Shown: positions 31,815-41,556 of the stretch, piece by piece
How positions within the stretch are numbered: position 1 is the stretch's first letter
Layout: each line of letters begins with the position of its first letter
From: an uncultured Gemmatimonadales bacterium
GTDB taxonomy: Bacteria > Gemmatimonadota > Gemmatimonadetes > Gemmatimonadales > GWC2-71-9
Length of the DNA: 64,000 nt
Direction of reading: 5' to 3'
NCBI GenBank assembly: GCA_963825055.1
Contig: CAWGSK010000034.1
Coordinates: 128,001 to 192,000 of the forward strand
The notes under the pieces: generated by a model
Databases searched by the model: none
Seen by the model: the letters and a program-made list of their open reading frames with translations, nothing else
Told to the model about the DNA's origin: nothing
Program-made: the position numbers and the translations under genes

Positions 31815-33320
31815 TCAGGGGGCTGGCTTGGGAAAGAGAGTCTCCGGCTTCTGAACGAGTTGCCCGGCTACTGTCGTGTTTGTTGACAGGTCGAACCCTG
31901 CCCCGCTCAGGTCGACATCGAGCCCGAGCGCCCGTCCGAGCTGCGCTGCCTTCTCGGGCATATAGGGGTGGATCATCACGGCCAGACGGTCCAGAGCCCG
32001 GGCCAGCGAGGCCAGGACGTCGTCCAGGTCCTTGTCCTGTCCTGCTTTAGCCATAGCCCAGGGCGCCCGCTGGACGATGTACCCATTCGCCGCCGAAACC
32101 AGGGTCCAGGCGCTTTCGGCGGCCCCACGCAGATCGAGCCGGTTCAGGGCATCCTGCCAGCCCGACATGGCGCGGCGGGCTGCCTCATCCAGCGAAGTTT
32201 CGTCGCCTTCTGGAACGCGACCGTCCCGATACTTGACCAGCATGGCCAGGGAGCGGGCGGCCAGGTTGCCGAGGCCGTCTGCCAAGTCGGCCGTATAGCG
32301 CTCGTCGAAACGCTCCCAGCTGAAATTGCCATCGGCCTCGAAGCCGACCTCCCGGAGCAGGAAGTAACGGAGCGGATCCGGCCCGTGCCGTTCCAGCGCG
32401 GTCTCCAGGCTGACCGCGGTACCGGCGGTCTTGGACATCTTGGTCCCTTCCCACTGGACGTAGCCGTGCGCAAAGACCTGGGCCGGGAGCGGAAGTCCGG
32501 CCGCCAGCAGCATCGCGGGCCAGACGACGCAGTGAAAGCGGGTGATGCCCTTGCCGATGATGTGCAGGTCGGCGGGCCAGAGCTGCTCGAACCCCGGCTC
32601 CGGGAATCCGGTGGCGGAGAGGTAGTTGATCAGCGCGTCGAACCAGACGTAGACGGTGTGACCGGGGTCGCCGGGGAAGGGAATGCCCCAGGGAAACCGG
32701 GAGCGTGAGATCGAGATGTCCTGCAGGCCGTCCTCGAGCAGCCGGATGACCTCGTTCCGGCGGATGGCGGGTTCCACCCGGAAGCTGCCGGAGCGGATCC
32801 GTTCCAGCACCTCGTCGCGCCACGCACTCAGCCGGAAGAAGTGGTTGGTCTCCTTCGTCCGGACCAGTTCGAGGGAGGGGTGCTCGATGCAGTGTCCGTC
32901 CACGATCTGCGCGTCCTGCTTGAACTCCTCGCACCCGGTGCAGTAGAGCCCCTCGTACTCTCCCATGAACAGGGCGTCAGGCGTATGCTCCCGGATCCGC
33001 TCAAGCAGCGCGGTCACCGCGCGGGCGTGCCGCGGCTCGGTGGTCCGGATCCAGTCGTCCTGGCTGCACTCGAGGGCCTGCCAGAATCGGACGAAGCGGT
33101 CGGACATGCGGTCCACCCACTCCTGGGGGGACACGCCGGACTCCCCCGCGGCCTGGATGACGCTCTGCGAGTGCTCGTCCATGCCCATGACGAAATGGAC
33201 GTCGTCGCCCGAGAGGCGCCGATAGCGAGCGATGCAGTCCGCGCCGACCTTCTCGAGGGCATGGCCGAGATGGGGGTCGCCGTTGCTGTAGTCGATGGCA
33301 GTCGTGAGGTAGTACGTCAC
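31815..33320 (-). CDS. metG: Methionyl-tRNA synthetase (short form)
   Basis: YLTTAIDYSNGDPHLGH, YVWFDALINY, KMSKT; no C-terminal OB domain. Confidence 0.95.
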   Translation of the reverse strand: MTYYLTTAIDYSNGDPHLGHALEKVGADCIARYRRLSGDDVHFVMGMDEHSQSVIQAAGESGVSPQEWVDRMSDRFVRFWQALECSQDDWIRTTEPRHARAVTALLERIREHTPDALFMGEYEGLYCTGCEEFKQDAQIVDGHCIEHPSLELVRTKETNHFFRLSAWRDEVLERIRSGSFRVEPAIRRNEVIRLLEDGLQDISISRSRFPWGIPFPGDPGHTVYVWFDALINYLSATGFPEPGFEQLWPADLHIIGKGITRFHCVVWPAMLLAAGLPLPAQVFAHGYVQWEGTKMSKTAGTAVSLETALERHGPDPLRYFLLREVGFEADGNFSWERFDERYTADLADGLGNLAARSLAMLVKYRDGRVPEGDETSLDEAARRAMSGWQDALNRLDLRGAAESAWTLVSAANGYIVQRAPWAMAKAGQDKDLDDVLASLARALDRLAVMIHPYMPEKAAQLGRALGLDVDLSGAGFDLSTNTTVAGQLVQKPETLFPKPAP

Positions 33321-34337
33321 TCAGGGCTCGGAGGTGGGGGTGCCGCCCAGTCCGCCGCCGCGTCCGCGCCGCCCCCGGCGGCGGCGACGGCGGGGCCTGG
33401 CGGCCTGGGCGGCTTCATCGGTTCCCGCAGGGTCCGGGGCGGACGGAACCTCGGGCGCGATCGCGGGTGCCGGCGCCGTGGCAACGGGGGTCTCGCGGGG
33501 AGACGTCTCGATTTCCTCGCGCAGCTGGACCAGCGGGACGATCCGGCTGCCGTCCTCCCCACGGAGGAACACCCGCTCCCGGAAGATGTCGACCGCGACG
33601 ACCTTCTCCGTCCCCACGGCCGTCTGGAGCAGTCGGCCTTCCTTTGGGAACCGCTTCCGTGAGGCGACGTAGAAGTCGTGTTCGTAGCGGAGGCAGCAGA
33701 GGAGGCGGCCGCAGCCGCCGCTGATCTGCTGGGGGTTGAGCGAGAGTCGCTGGTCCTTGGCGAGGCCGAGGTTCACGGGGGAAAGTTCGGTGAGCCAGGT
33801 GGAACAGCAGTACTCCCGGCCGCAGCGGCCGACGCCGGAGAGCCGGGCAGCCTCGTCCCGGACGCCAATCTGGCGGAGTTCGATCCGGGTGCGGAACTGG
33901 GCGGCCAGGTCGCGTACCAGCGCGCGGAAGTCCACGCGCTTCTCGGCGGTGAAGTAGACCGTGAGCTTGTTCCGGTCCCACTGCCACTCCGTGTCGCTCA
34001 CCTTCATGACCAGCTCGTGCACCTTGACCCGCTCGATCACCTTCCTCCGGACGTCTTCCTCGGTCCGGCGCAGTTCATTGGCGGTCCGGATGTCTTCCTG
34101 GGAGGCCCGGCGCACGACCTTGCGCAGGGGCTCAGGCCTGGCGGTCGTGCCACACCCGCTGCTGCAGGAGCCGCATTTCTTCTCCGCCACTTCGCCGGTG
34201 GAATGCACCCGTCCGCAGTCGAGGCCGCGCTCCGCTTCCACGAGCACGGCCTCCTGCAGGCGCAGGGCGTCCTCGCTGTCGGCCCATTCGAAGAAGGCCC
34301 GGCGGTTGCCCTTGAAGCGCACCTCGACGGTCTGCAT
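33321..34337 (-). CDS. ricT: PSP1/RicT (YaaT) family protein
   Basis: FTAEKRVDFR, RIELRQIGVRDEA, CGREYCC, CGRLLCCLRYE. Confidence 0.9.
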   Translation of the reverse strand: MQTVEVRFKGNRRAFFEWADSEDALRLQEAVLVEAERGLDCGRVHSTGEVAEKKCGSCSSGCGTTARPEPLRKVVRRASQEDIRTANELRRTEEDVRRKVIERVKVHELVMKVSDTEWQWDRNKLTVYFTAEKRVDFRALVRDLAAQFRTRIELRQIGVRDEAARLSGVGRCGREYCCSTWLTELSPVNLGLAKDQRLSLNPQQISGGCGRLLCCLRYEHDFYVASRKRFPKEGRLLQTAVGTEKVVAVDIFRERVFLRGEDGSRIVPLVQLREEIETSPRETPVATAPAPAIAPEVPSAPDPAGTDEAAQAARPRRRRRRGRRGRGGGLGGTPTSEP

Positions 34338-35299
34338 CAGACTTCGGTGAAGGCACCCATCGCGCCGAACTTCTCGGCCCGCTTCCGGACCAGCTTGTCG
34401 GGCTTGACCTTCCGGAGCTCGCCGAGGTGGCGGATCAGCGCGTCGCGGACGGCTTCGCCGGTCGCGTCGGGATCAAGGTGGGCCCCGCCCACCGGCTCGG
34501 GAATGATCTCGTCGACCAGCTGGAGGCGGAGCAGGTCCTGGGCGGTGAGCTTGAGCGCGTCTGCCGCGCGCTCGCGCTGCGCGGCGTCCTTCCAGAGGAT
34601 GGCGGCGCATCCCTCAGGGGAGATGACGGAGTACACGGAGTTTTCCAGCATGAGGATCCGGTCGGCCACCCCGAGTGCCAGCGCGCCGCCCGAGCCTCCC
34701 TCGCCTATCACCACGGCGATGCACGGAGTGGGGAGGCTGGCCATCTCCAGGATGGACCGCGCCAGCGCTTCCGACTGCCCCCGCTCCTCGGCCCCGAGCC
34801 CGGGATAGGCGCCCGGCGTGTCAATCAGGGTGATGACGGGCGCCTTGAAGCGCGCCGCGAGGTGCATCAGCCGCAGGGCCTTCCGGTAGCCTTCGGGGTG
34901 GGCCATGCCGAAGTTGCGCTTGAGGTTCTCCTTCGTGTCCCGGCCCTTCTGGTGCCCGATCACCATGACCGATGCGCCTGCGAGGCGGGCCCACCCGCCC
35001 ACGATGGCCGGGTCGTCACGATAGAGGCGATCGCCGTGCAGCTCGATGAAGTCGGTGAAGATGGTGCTCAGGTAGTCGAGCGTGTAAGGGCGCCGCGGGT
35101 GGCGCGCGACCATGACGCGCTGGATCGGCGTCAGGTTGGTGTAGATGTCGCCCCGCATGGTCTCGAGGCGTTCCTGCAGGCTGGTGATCTCCCCGCCGAC
35201 CTCGATCTTCTGCTCCGCTCCCACCTTGCGCAGCTCGTCGATCTGGCGCTCCAGTTCCTGCAGAGGCTTCTCGAATTCCAGGGTGTACACACTGGGCAT
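34337..35299 (-). CDS. accA: Acetyl-CoA carboxylase carboxyltransferase alpha subunit
   Basis: LEFEKPL, ELHGDR, IDTPGAYPG..AEERGQ, GEGGSGGA. Confidence 0.98.
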   Translation of the reverse strand: MPSVYTLEFEKPLQELERQIDELRKVGAEQKIEVGGEITSLQERLETMRGDIYTNLTPIQRVMVARHPRRPYTLDYLSTIFTDFIELHGDRLYRDDPAIVGGWARLAGASVMVIGHQKGRDTKENLKRNFGMAHPEGYRKALRLMHLAARFKAPVITLIDTPGAYPGLGAEERGQSEALARSILEMASLPTPCIAVVIGEGGSGGALALGVADRILMLENSVYSVISPEGCAAILWKDAAQRERAADALKLTAQDLLRLQLVDEIIPEPVGGAHLDPDATGEAVRDALIRHLGELRKVKPDKLVRKRAEKFGAMGAFTEV

Positions 35300-35302
35300 G
35301 CG

Positions 35303-38300
35303 CTATCCCGCCTTTACGTAGCGGACGCTCGCGGGACTCAGCACATCGGTGAGTCCACGGACGAGGTCCTCGTCAGGCGCCACGGTGAGGCGACGCGAGC
35401 GAAGCCGGAGGGCCTCGCCGTTGCCATCGGTCCATTCAATATAGAGCGGGGCCGGCCCCGGATGCCGGGCACAGAGCGCGACCGCGGCCCGTACCCGGTC
35501 CGCGGGTGGCGCCTCAGGCCGGGCCCAGCGCACGCTCACCGCCACCGCCCCGGAGCCCTTGAGCATCTCGAGCGGCTGCGCCTGCTCCACCACGAAGGGC
35601 GCGCGGTCTTCGCCCCGGTCGCGCGCGCTGTATCCGCCGGTCAGGAGCACGGCGGCATCGGGATGCAGCACCTGGTTGAGCCGTGCCCAGGCATCCGGGA
35701 AGACGATCGCCTCGGCGGTTCCATGGAAGTCCTCCAGCGTGAGCCGCGCGTACTCCTTGCTGGTCTTCCGCGAGATCTGCCGCTTCACCGCCGTGACCAC
35801 CGCCGCCACCGTCACCTGGTGCTCGCTCCAGGTGCTCAGGGTGGCGGTGGTCCGCGTGCTGAACAGCTCCACCTCGGCCCGGTACCGCTCCAGTGGGTGC
35901 CCGGAAATGAAGAACCCGATGACTTCCTTTTCCCGGCTCAGCCGCTCCGCCTCCGACCAGGCCGGCATGTCCGGCAGGGTGATCCCGGGGGCCGGCGGGG
36001 TGTGGCTCGCGTCGCCGAAGAGCGTCCCCTGGCCGGCGTCCTGCTCCTGCTGCCGGAGCTGGGCCTCCGCAAGCGCGTGGTCCAGCGCCGCGATCAGCTG
36101 GGCCCGGTGGCCGTCCAGTTCGTCCAGGGCGCCCGCGGCGATCAGCGACTCGAGGACGCGCTTGTTGCAGAGCCGGATATCGATCCGCTGCACGAAGTCC
36201 GCCAGGCTCGTGAACGGCCCGCCTTCCCGCGCGGCAATCATGCTCTCGATGGCGGACCGGCCCACATTGCGGATGGCGCCGAGGCCGAAGCGGATCTGGC
36301 GGTCCCCCACGACCGTGAACTTGAAGCCCGACTCCGACACGCTGGGCGCCATGACCTCGAGGCCGAGCTCCCGCGCCTCGTTGATGTACTGGACGACCTT
36401 GTCCGTGCTGCCGATTTCAGAGCTGAGCAACGCGGCCATGAACTCCGCGGGATAGTGCGCCTTGAGCCAGGCCGTCTGGTAACTCAGGACCGAGTAGGCC
36501 ACCGAGTGCGACTTGTTGAAGCCATAGCGGCCGAAGGTGGCGATCTGGGACGCAAGGTCCTCGGCGAGCCGCCGCTCGTGTCCCTGCTGGATGGCGCGCT
36601 CAACGAACTTCGCCAGCTCGCGGTCGATCAGTTCCTGGTTCTTCTTGCCCACCGCCTTGCGGAGCACGTCGGCTTCGGCCAGCGAGAAGCCGGCGAGCAC
36701 GTTCGCGATCCGCATCACCTGTTCCTGGTACGTGATGACGCCGTAGGTCGGCTCCAGGATCTCGCGCAGCGACGGGTGCGGGTACCGCACCGGCTCCTGG
36801 CCGAGCTTCCGGCGGATGAAGACCAGGTGCATGCCGGTATCGAGCGGGCCCGGGCGCAGCAGGGCGTTGGACGCGACCAGGTCGTCGAACCGGTCACACT
36901 TCATGTTCCGGAGCGTTTCGGTCGCGAGGGCGGACTCGAACTGGAACACGCCCGCGGTGCGGCCGCGACGGAGCAGGGCGTAGACCTCCGGATCGTCGAA
37001 CGGCAGCGCGTCCATGTCCGGGGCCGTGCCGTGCCGCTCGCCAATCATGGCCACCGCGTCATGGATCACGGTGAGCGTCTTCAGGCCGAGCATGTCCATC
37101 TTGAGCATGCCGACCTTTTCCAGCGCGACCATGTCGTACTGGGTGATGATCGCATCCTCGCCGTTGGCGCTGGCACCCGAACCGCGGGTGGGTGCCGTGC
37201 AGACCGGGACGTAATCGTCCAGCGGCCCCGGGGCGATCACCACACCCGCCGCGTGCACCGATGCGTGCCGGGAGATTCCCTCGATCCGGCTGGCGAGGTC
37301 CACCAGCCGTTCGTAAACTGGGGCGCTCCGCACCAGCGCGCGGAGTTCGTCCACCTTCGCCACGGCTTCAGGGATGGTGAGGCTGAAGGCGGGCCCCGAG
37401 GGAATGAGCTTCGTGATCCGGTCGGCATCGGCCGGTGGAATCTTGAGAACGCGGGCCACGTCCTTTACCGCCGCCCGTGCCTTCATCGTCCCGAACGTGA
37501 TGATCTGCCCCACGCTCCGGCGGCCGTATCGCTCCCGGACGTACTCGATGACCTCGCCCCGGCGCTCGAAGCAGAAGTCCACGTCGATGTCGGGCATCGA
37601 CACGCGCTCGGGATTCAGGAACCGCTCGAAGAGGAGGTCGAACCGGAGCGGGTCAACGTTGGTGATGCCGAGGCTGTAGGCGACCAGGCTGCCGGCGGCG
37701 GATCCGCGGCCCGGGCCCACTGGAATGCCGCGCTCCCGCGCCGCCGCGATGAAATCCTGGACGATCAGGAAATAGCCCGCGTAGCCTGCCTGGTTGATGA
37801 CGCCAAGCTCGTAGGCGAGCCGCTCCTCGACGGCCTCCGGCAGCGGCGTACCGTACCGGGTGCCGGCTCCCGCCCGGGCCAGGTCCTCCAGCAGGGCCTC
37901 GTCGGAGGGGGACCCGGCGGGGCGGGGGAACTCCGGGACGTAGTACTTCTGCTCGAAGCTGAACTCGCACAGGTTCGCGACCGTCTGCGTATTCTCGAGG
38001 GTCTCGGGGTGTGCGCCGAACAGCGCCCGCATCTCCTCCTCGGATTTCACGTACGATTCCTCGCCCGTGAACCGGAACCGCTTGGGGTCGTCCAGGTCGC
38101 TGCCCGTCCCGATGGCGAGCAGGACGTCGTGGGCCTGGGCATCCTCCCGGCGCAGGTAGTGCGCGTCGTTGGTCGCGACCACTCCGAGGCCCAGTTCCTC
38201 GCCCAGCCGCAGCATGCCCTCGGTAACCAGGTCCTCCTCGGGAATCCCGTGCCTCTGGATCTCCAGCCAGAAACCGTCCCGGCCGAAGGTGGAGGCAAAC

Positions 38301-38785
38301 CACTCGGCCGACGCGCGGGCCTTCTCGTACCGCTGCTGCCGGAGGTGAAGCGCCACCTCACCCGAGAGGCAGGCCGCGAGGCAGACGATGCCCTCCCGGT
38401 GCTCGGCCAGGACGTCCCGGTCAATCCGGGGGCGGCGGTAGAACCCCTCGGTGTAGCCGATGGAGGAGAGGCGGATGAGGTTGCGGTAGCCGGTGCGGTT
38501 CTTCGCGAGGAGGACCAGATGGCTGTACGCGGCGGGGGCATCCTGGGGTTTCTGGGTCTCCTGGCGCGGCCCGAAGGCCAGGTAGGCCTCGAAGCCCAGG
38601 ATCGGTCTCACCTTCCTGGCCCGGGCCTCCTCGTAGAACGACCACGCGGCGTGGAGGTTGCCGTGATCGGTCACGGCGAGGCTGTCCATCCCCAGCGACT
38701 GGACGTGCGAGACCAGCGCGTCGATGCGGTTGGCACCGTCGAGCAGGGAGAACTCGCTGTGCGTATGGAGATGGACGAAGGCCAT
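35303..38785 (-). CDS. dnaE: DNA polymerase III alpha subunit
   Basis: FVHLHTHSEFSLLDG PHP domain; GPGRGSAAGS; MPDIDVDF; YGFNKSH. Confidence 0.98.
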   Translation of the reverse strand: MAFVHLHTHSEFSLLDGANRIDALVSHVQSLGMDSLAVTDHGNLHAAWSFYEEARARKVRPILGFEAYLAFGPRQETQKPQDAPAAYSHLVLLAKNRTGYRNLIRLSSIGYTEGFYRRPRIDRDVLAEHREGIVCLAACLSGEVALHLRQQRYEKARASAEWFASTFGRDGFWLEIQRHGIPEEDLVTEGMLRLGEELGLGVVATNDAHYLRREDAQAHDVLLAIGTGSDLDDPKRFRFTGEESYVKSEEEMRALFGAHPETLENTQTVANLCEFSFEQKYYVPEFPRPAGSPSDEALLEDLARAGAGTRYGTPLPEAVEERLAYELGVINQAGYAGYFLIVQDFIAAARERGIPVGPGRGSAAGSLVAYSLGITNVDPLRFDLLFERFLNPERVSMPDIDVDFCFERRGEVIEYVRERYGRRSVGQIITFGTMKARAAVKDVARVLKIPPADADRITKLIPSGPAFSLTIPEAVAKVDELRALVRSAPVYERLVDLASRIEGISRHASVHAAGVVIAPGPLDDYVPVCTAPTRGSGASANGEDAIITQYDMVALEKVGMLKMDMLGLKTLTVIHDAVAMIGERHGTAPDMDALPFDDPEVYALLRRGRTAGVFQFESALATETLRNMKCDRFDDLVASNALLRPGPLDTGMHLVFIRRKLGQEPVRYPHPSLREILEPTYGVITYQEQVMRIANVLAGFSLAEADVLRKAVGKKNQELIDRELAKFVERAIQQGHERRLAEDLASQIATFGRYGFNKSHSVAYSVLSYQTAWLKAHYPAEFMAALLSSEIGSTDKVVQYINEARELGLEVMAPSVSESGFKFTVVGDRQIRFGLGAIRNVGRSAIESMIAAREGGPFTSLADFVQRIDIRLCNKRVLESLIAAGALDELDGHRAQLIAALDHALAEAQLRQQEQDAGQGTLFGDASHTPPAPGITLPDMPAWSEAERLSREKEVIGFFISGHPLERYRAEVELFSTRTTATLSTWSEHQVTVAAVVTAVKRQISRKTSKEYARLTLEDFHGTAEAIVFPDAWARLNQVLHPDAAVLLTGGYSARDRGEDRAPFVVEQAQPLEMLKGSGAVAVSVRWARPEAPPADRVRAAVALCARHPGPAPLYIEWTDGNGEALRLRSRRLTVAPDEDLVRGLTDVLSPASVRYVKAG

Positions 38786-38968
38786 GCGATCTTCTGGCAA
38801 CGGGCGGCGGCCGGGGGAACTCCCCGGCCGGGCTCGCGGCTCTGTCAGGACAAGGTGTGACGGCGGCCGGTGAACGCCGGCGCGTCAGGTCGTGTGGGCG
38901 CGGTGGCGACTCGCCCGTCACCCGGGACAGCGGGTAGCCGGCCGGCGGCCGCCACCCGCCGGAAGGGG

Positions 38969-39020
38969 AAGCTATCCGCCGGGGCACGAATTGTCAAAAC
39001 CCGTTGTCCCACTTTATCTT
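38969..39020. promoter_or_regulatory. Back-to-back divergent promoters sharing one -35 segment
   Basis: Minus: TTGACA(38997-38992)-17 nt-TAGCTT. Plus: TTGTCA(38991-38996)-18 nt-TATCTT. Confidence 0.55.
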
Positions 39021-39056
39021 AGGCGATATCGTACGTCGCCCGCACCCGGAGCATTC

Positions 39057-40667
39057 GTGAGATCATACTCGCGCGTCGGTCTCGCCGCAGTCGCCGTCCT
39101 TGCGGCATGCGGAGGCTCGACCGAGCCCGACCTGAGCGTCAACCTGAACTGCACGTCTCCCGCGGCCGTCACGTTGGCACCAGGCGAATACACGGTGCTC
39201 GATGCCACCGTCTCCGGCGGCTGCATCCGCATTCCTGCCGCGCCCGCCGCCGGTGCGGAGTACGTCATCGCCGCCGTGTCGGCGGCCCAGGGCGGGCAGA
39301 GCGCGAGCTACACCGTGGCGGCCGGCGAAGTCCCCGCGGTCGCGCCCGCGGCTCCACGCCCCCAGCCGGCCGCAGCCGGTGGCATGGCCGGGGGATTCCA
39401 CGACATGCTCCGGGCCCGCGAAGCCGAGGTAGCGCGGAATCCGGCCCTCCGGCTGGCGCCGCCCGTTCCCGGTACCCCGGTGGCCGCGCCGCCGCTGGGG
39501 GACGTCCGCACTTTCAAGGTCTGCGGCGACGTCAACTGCACCTCGTTCGCCAATGTGACCGCCACCGCGAAGTTCGTCGGCGCACGCGGGGCGATCTACC
39601 TCGACAATACGGTGCCATCGGGCGGCTACACCCAGGGCGACATCGACCAGGTCGGCGCCCTGTTCGACGGGCCTGCTCCCAACATGTACGGACTGGATAC
39701 CACGGCGTTCGGCCGCGAGAGCGATCTCGACAACAACGGGGTGGTCATCATCCTGCTGTCGGACCAGGTCAACCAGCTGAGCGGCACGTGCGCGGACGGG
39801 ACCATCATCCTCGGCTACTTCTTCGGGCTCGACCTCTCCAACGACCCGAACTCGAACCACGGCGAGGTGTTCTACGGCCTCGTGCCCGACCCGAACAACA
39901 GTGGCTGCACCGTCAGCCGGAACACGGCCCTGTTGCGCCTGCCGCCGGTCTTCATCCACGAGTTCCAGCACATGATCAGCTTCAACCAGCATGTGCTGGT
40001 GCGCAGCGGGCCGGCCGAGCTGACCTGGCTCAACGAGGGCCTGTCCCATTTCGCCGAGGAACTCGGTGCGCGGGGCCTCCCGGACAGCCGGTGCCCCCTG
40101 GCGCCGAGCTGCCTGAGCCAGTTCGTGGGCTCCGGTGACATCCAGAACGCGTTCCTGTACCTCAGCGACATCGAGGGGAGTTACCTCATCGCCCCCAGTG
40201 GCATCGGGACGCTGGCGGAACGGGGGGCCGACTGGCTCTTCGTCCGATGGCTCGCCGACCAGTTTGCGACCGACACCCTTCTCGGTACCTCGGTCACCCG
40301 CGCGCTGGTGCAGACCGTCCAGGTCGGGGCTCCCAACGTCGTGGCCGTCACCGCGACGCCGTTCGACCAGCTGGTCGGGCAGTGGCAGCTTGCGAACCTG
40401 ATGGAGGGTGTCAGCGGGTTTACCGAACCGACGGGACGGCTCCGGTACCGGAGCTGGGACTTCGCAACGCTCTTCCCGTCCTATCCCGTCAACCCGGACC
40501 GGGTCACGACCGGCCAGTACTCGCACGCCGGGACCCTTCGCGCGGGAAGCGGGCGGCACGTGTACGTGCTCCAGCAGGGGAACGACGCGGCCATTGACTT
40601 CCAGTTCAAGGGGGGCTCGGGGTTCAGTGCCACCGTTCCCCGCTACGCCATCCTCCGCCGCCGCTAG
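39057..40667 (+). CDS. Lipoprotein zinc metallopeptidase (HEXXH, M30-like)
   Basis: Lipobox LAAC; GYFF; HEFQHMI..WLNEGLSH. Confidence 0.78.
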   Translation: MRSYSRVGLAAVAVLAACGGSTEPDLSVNLNCTSPAAVTLAPGEYTVLDATVSGGCIRIPAAPAAGAEYVIAAVSAAQGGQSASYTVAAGEVPAVAPAAPRPQPAAAGGMAGGFHDMLRAREAEVARNPALRLAPPVPGTPVAAPPLGDVRTFKVCGDVNCTSFANVTATAKFVGARGAIYLDNTVPSGGYTQGDIDQVGALFDGPAPNMYGLDTTAFGRESDLDNNGVVIILLSDQVNQLSGTCADGTIILGYFFGLDLSNDPNSNHGEVFYGLVPDPNNSGCTVSRNTALLRLPPVFIHEFQHMISFNQHVLVRSGPAELTWLNEGLSHFAEELGARGLPDSRCPLAPSCLSQFVGSGDIQNAFLYLSDIEGSYLIAPSGIGTLAERGADWLFVRWLADQFATDTLLGTSVTRALVQTVQVGAPNVVAVTATPFDQLVGQWQLANLMEGVSGFTEPTGRLRYRSWDFATLFPSYPVNPDRVTTGQYSHAGTLRAGSGRHVYVLQQGNDAAIDFQFKGGSGFSATVPRYAILRRR

Positions 40668-40671
40668 GTCC

Positions 40672-41556
40672 ATGCGGAGTCGCGCCGCCATTCTCGCCAC
40701 GTTGCTCTGTCTCGGCGCCCACCGTCTCGCGGCCCAGGCCGACTCCACCGCTTCCCCCGTCATCCTGAGCCTGCCCACCTCGGTGCGGCAGGCAGGCCTG
40801 GCCGGGGCCAACGTGGCGGTGATTGGCGACGCGGGGTCGGTCTTCAGCAACCCCGCCGGGCTTGCCACCATCAAGCGGCTCAGCCTCGAGGCCGCATTCT
40901 CCTATTATCCGGATCACACGGTGCAGAGTGCCGGCGCTGCCGCCGTCCGGATCGGCCCGTTCAATTTCGGGGGGGGCTACAACTACCTCCGCTTCAGCGA
41001 CACCTCGTCCGTGCAGGACAACCTCGTCTGGGTGGCGAGCTCCGTGTACCGTCGCGGGATGATTGCGCTCGGGGGTTCGGCCAAGTACGTGTCGCTCGAG
41101 GATACCACCGGGCGGATCAGCCGCGCCCTCACCGGCGACGCAGGCCTTGCCATCGCGTTCTTCGATATTTCGGCGCTGGCGTTCAGCGTGCAGAACATCA
41201 CCGGTGACCGGATCTCGGGCCAGCCCCTCACGCTCCCAACCTCCTACCGCCTTGGCTTCACCCAGAATCTCTTCGATCCCCAGACCACGCTGCGCCTCCT
41301 CGCGACCATCGAGGTCGTGTGGACCGAGAACCAGGCTCGCCGCACGCTGCTTGGCCTCGAATCCGGGATCGTGCTGGGCGGCGTGGGACTGGTCGCCCGC
41401 GTGGGGTACGGGGCCCAGCCCCGGGAGACCGAACAGAAGAAGATGGTCTACGGCGGGAGCATGGTCCTCGGGCTCCTCGTGGTGGACTATGCCTACCAGG
41501 GACGCAGCGGGCGCGGCGGCGAGGTGCACCGGCTCGGCATCCGCTGGACCCCATGA
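40672..41556 (+). CDS. PorV/PorQ/FadL-like outer-membrane beta-barrel
   Basis: Signal peptide; SVRQAGLAGA..SVFSNPAGLA hatch motif; VDYAY near the C-terminus. Confidence 0.65.
   Translation: MRSRAAILATLLCLGAHRLAAQADSTASPVILSLPTSVRQAGLAGANVAVIGDAGSVFSNPAGLATIKRLSLEAAFSYYPDHTVQSAGAAAVRIGPFNFGGGYNYLRFSDTSSVQDNLVWVASSVYRRGMIALGGSAKYVSLEDTTGRISRALTGDAGLAIAFFDISALAFSVQNITGDRISGQPLTLPTSYRLGFTQNLFDPQTTLRLLATIEVVWTENQARRTLLGLESGIVLGGVGLVARVGYGAQPRETEQKKMVYGGSMVLGLLVVDYAYQGRSGRGGEVHRLGIRWTP

Noticed and set aside
35303..38785. Intein or split in dnaE
   Set aside because: Length of about 1160 aa and continuous motifs are typical; no insertion seen.
34427..38860. 1477-aa ORF on the plus strand
   Set aside because: Antisense shadow of dnaE/accA. 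Such long reverse ORFs are expected in high-GC coding DNA, and it has no motifs.
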